Source: Macrostomum lignano
Taxonomy: Eukaryota
NCBI GenBank assembly: GCA_002269645.1
Contig: NIVC01000019.1
Span: forward strand, 1,302,001 to 1,366,000
Length of the DNA: 64,000 bases
Reading direction: 5' to 3'
The notes beneath the pieces were generated by a model, which saw nothing but the letters and a program-made list of their open reading frames with translations, did no database searches and was not told the origin of the DNA. The position numbers and the translations under genes are program-made. Position 1 is the first letter of the stretch. Every line of letters starts with the position of its first letter. Of the stretch, positions 62,872 to 64,000 are shown piece by piece.

Positions 62872-64000
62872 GCCCCATAAAGACAGGACTCCAATACAGT
62901 CTGATAAAGACAGGAACGACTCCGATACAGCCAGATAAATACAGGGACTTCAATACAGCCAGATAAAGACAGGAAGAAGTCCAATACAGCCAGATAGACA
63001 GGAAGGACTCCGGTACAGCCAGATCAAGACAGGAACGACTCCAATACAGCCAGATCAAGACAGGAAGGACTCCAATTCAGTCTGATAAAGACAGGAAGGA
63101 CTCCGGTACAGCCAGATCAAGACAGGGACTTCAATACAGCCAGATAAAGACAGGAAGGACTTCAATACAGCCAGATCAAGACAGGGACTTCAATACAGCC
63201 AGATCAAGACAGGGACTTCAATACAGCCTGATAGACAGGAAGGACGCCAATACAGCCAGATAAAGACAGGAAGGACTCCAATACAGCCAGATCAAGACAG
63301 GAAGGACTCCAATTCAGTCTGATAAAGACAGGAAGGACTCCGGTACAGCCAGATAAATACAGGGACTTCAATACAGCCAGATAAAGACAGGAAGGACTCC
63401 AATACAGCCAGATCAAGACAGGAAGGACTCCAATACAGCCAGATCAAGACAGGAAGGACTTCAATACAGCCAGATCAAGACAGGAAGGACTTCAATACAG
63501 CCAGATTAAGACAGGAAGGACTCCAATTCAGTCTGATAAAGACAGGAAGGACTCCCGTACAGCCAGATCAATACAGGGACTTCAATACAGCCAGATAAAA
63601 ACAGGAAGGACTCCAATACAGCCTGATAGAGACACGAAGGACTCCAATACAGCCTGATAGACAGGAAGGACTCCATTACAGCCAGATCAAGACAGGGACT
63701 TCAATACAGCCAGATAAAGACAGGAAGGACTCCAATACAGCCAGATCAAGACAGGAAGGACTCCAATACAGCCAGATCAAGACAGGAAGGACTTCAATAC
63801 AGCCAGATCAAGACAGGAAGGACTTCAATACAGCCAGATTAAGACAGGAAGGACTCCAATTCAGTCTGATAAAGACAGGAAGGACTCCCGTACAGCCAGA
63901 TCAATACAGGGACTTCAATACAGCCAGATAAAAACAGGAAGGACTCCAATACAGCCTGATAGAGACACGAAGGACTCCAATACAGCCTGATAGACAGGAA
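62872..64000. repeat. 31/28-bp minisatellite (AATACAGCCAGATCAAGACAGGAAGGACTCC)n, runs off the window end
   Basis: Tandem units; variant ACTCCCG recurs at 63551 and 63884 (333 bp). Confidence 0.94.

Overview
Eukaryotic (invertebrate metazoan) genomic DNA with spliceosomal GT-AG introns and very high tandem-repeat density. The organisation resembles a Macrostomum-type flatworm genome, but that is inference only. Four spliced protein genes can be reconstructed by hand with consistent exon phases: a GRK4/5/6-family kinase (+, 670-11374, exon 1 outside the window), an LRR single-pass membrane protein without TIR (-, 13538-23357), an unidentified gene whose C-terminus resembles a degenerate USP fold (+, 27608-34603), and a tandem D1/D2 receptor tyrosine phosphatase whose two domains both look catalytically impaired (-, 37237 to about 49419, 5' part upstream). 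A disrupted PAN/Apple + LamG-like gene is nested antisense in a PTP intron. About 25 different minisatellite arrays fill the introns. A 12.5 kb 34/17-bp satellite block with ~2 kb higher-order structure is interrupted by a 5'-truncated RT+RNase H LINE. Two tRNA-derived SINE families, a foldback-like inverted 46-bp array and a 54-bp hAT-like mini-element are also present. There is no CRISPR, rRNA or true tRNA gene. Most long ORFs in the supplied track are artefacts of repeats. All coordinates were read by eye; repeat edges are approximate.
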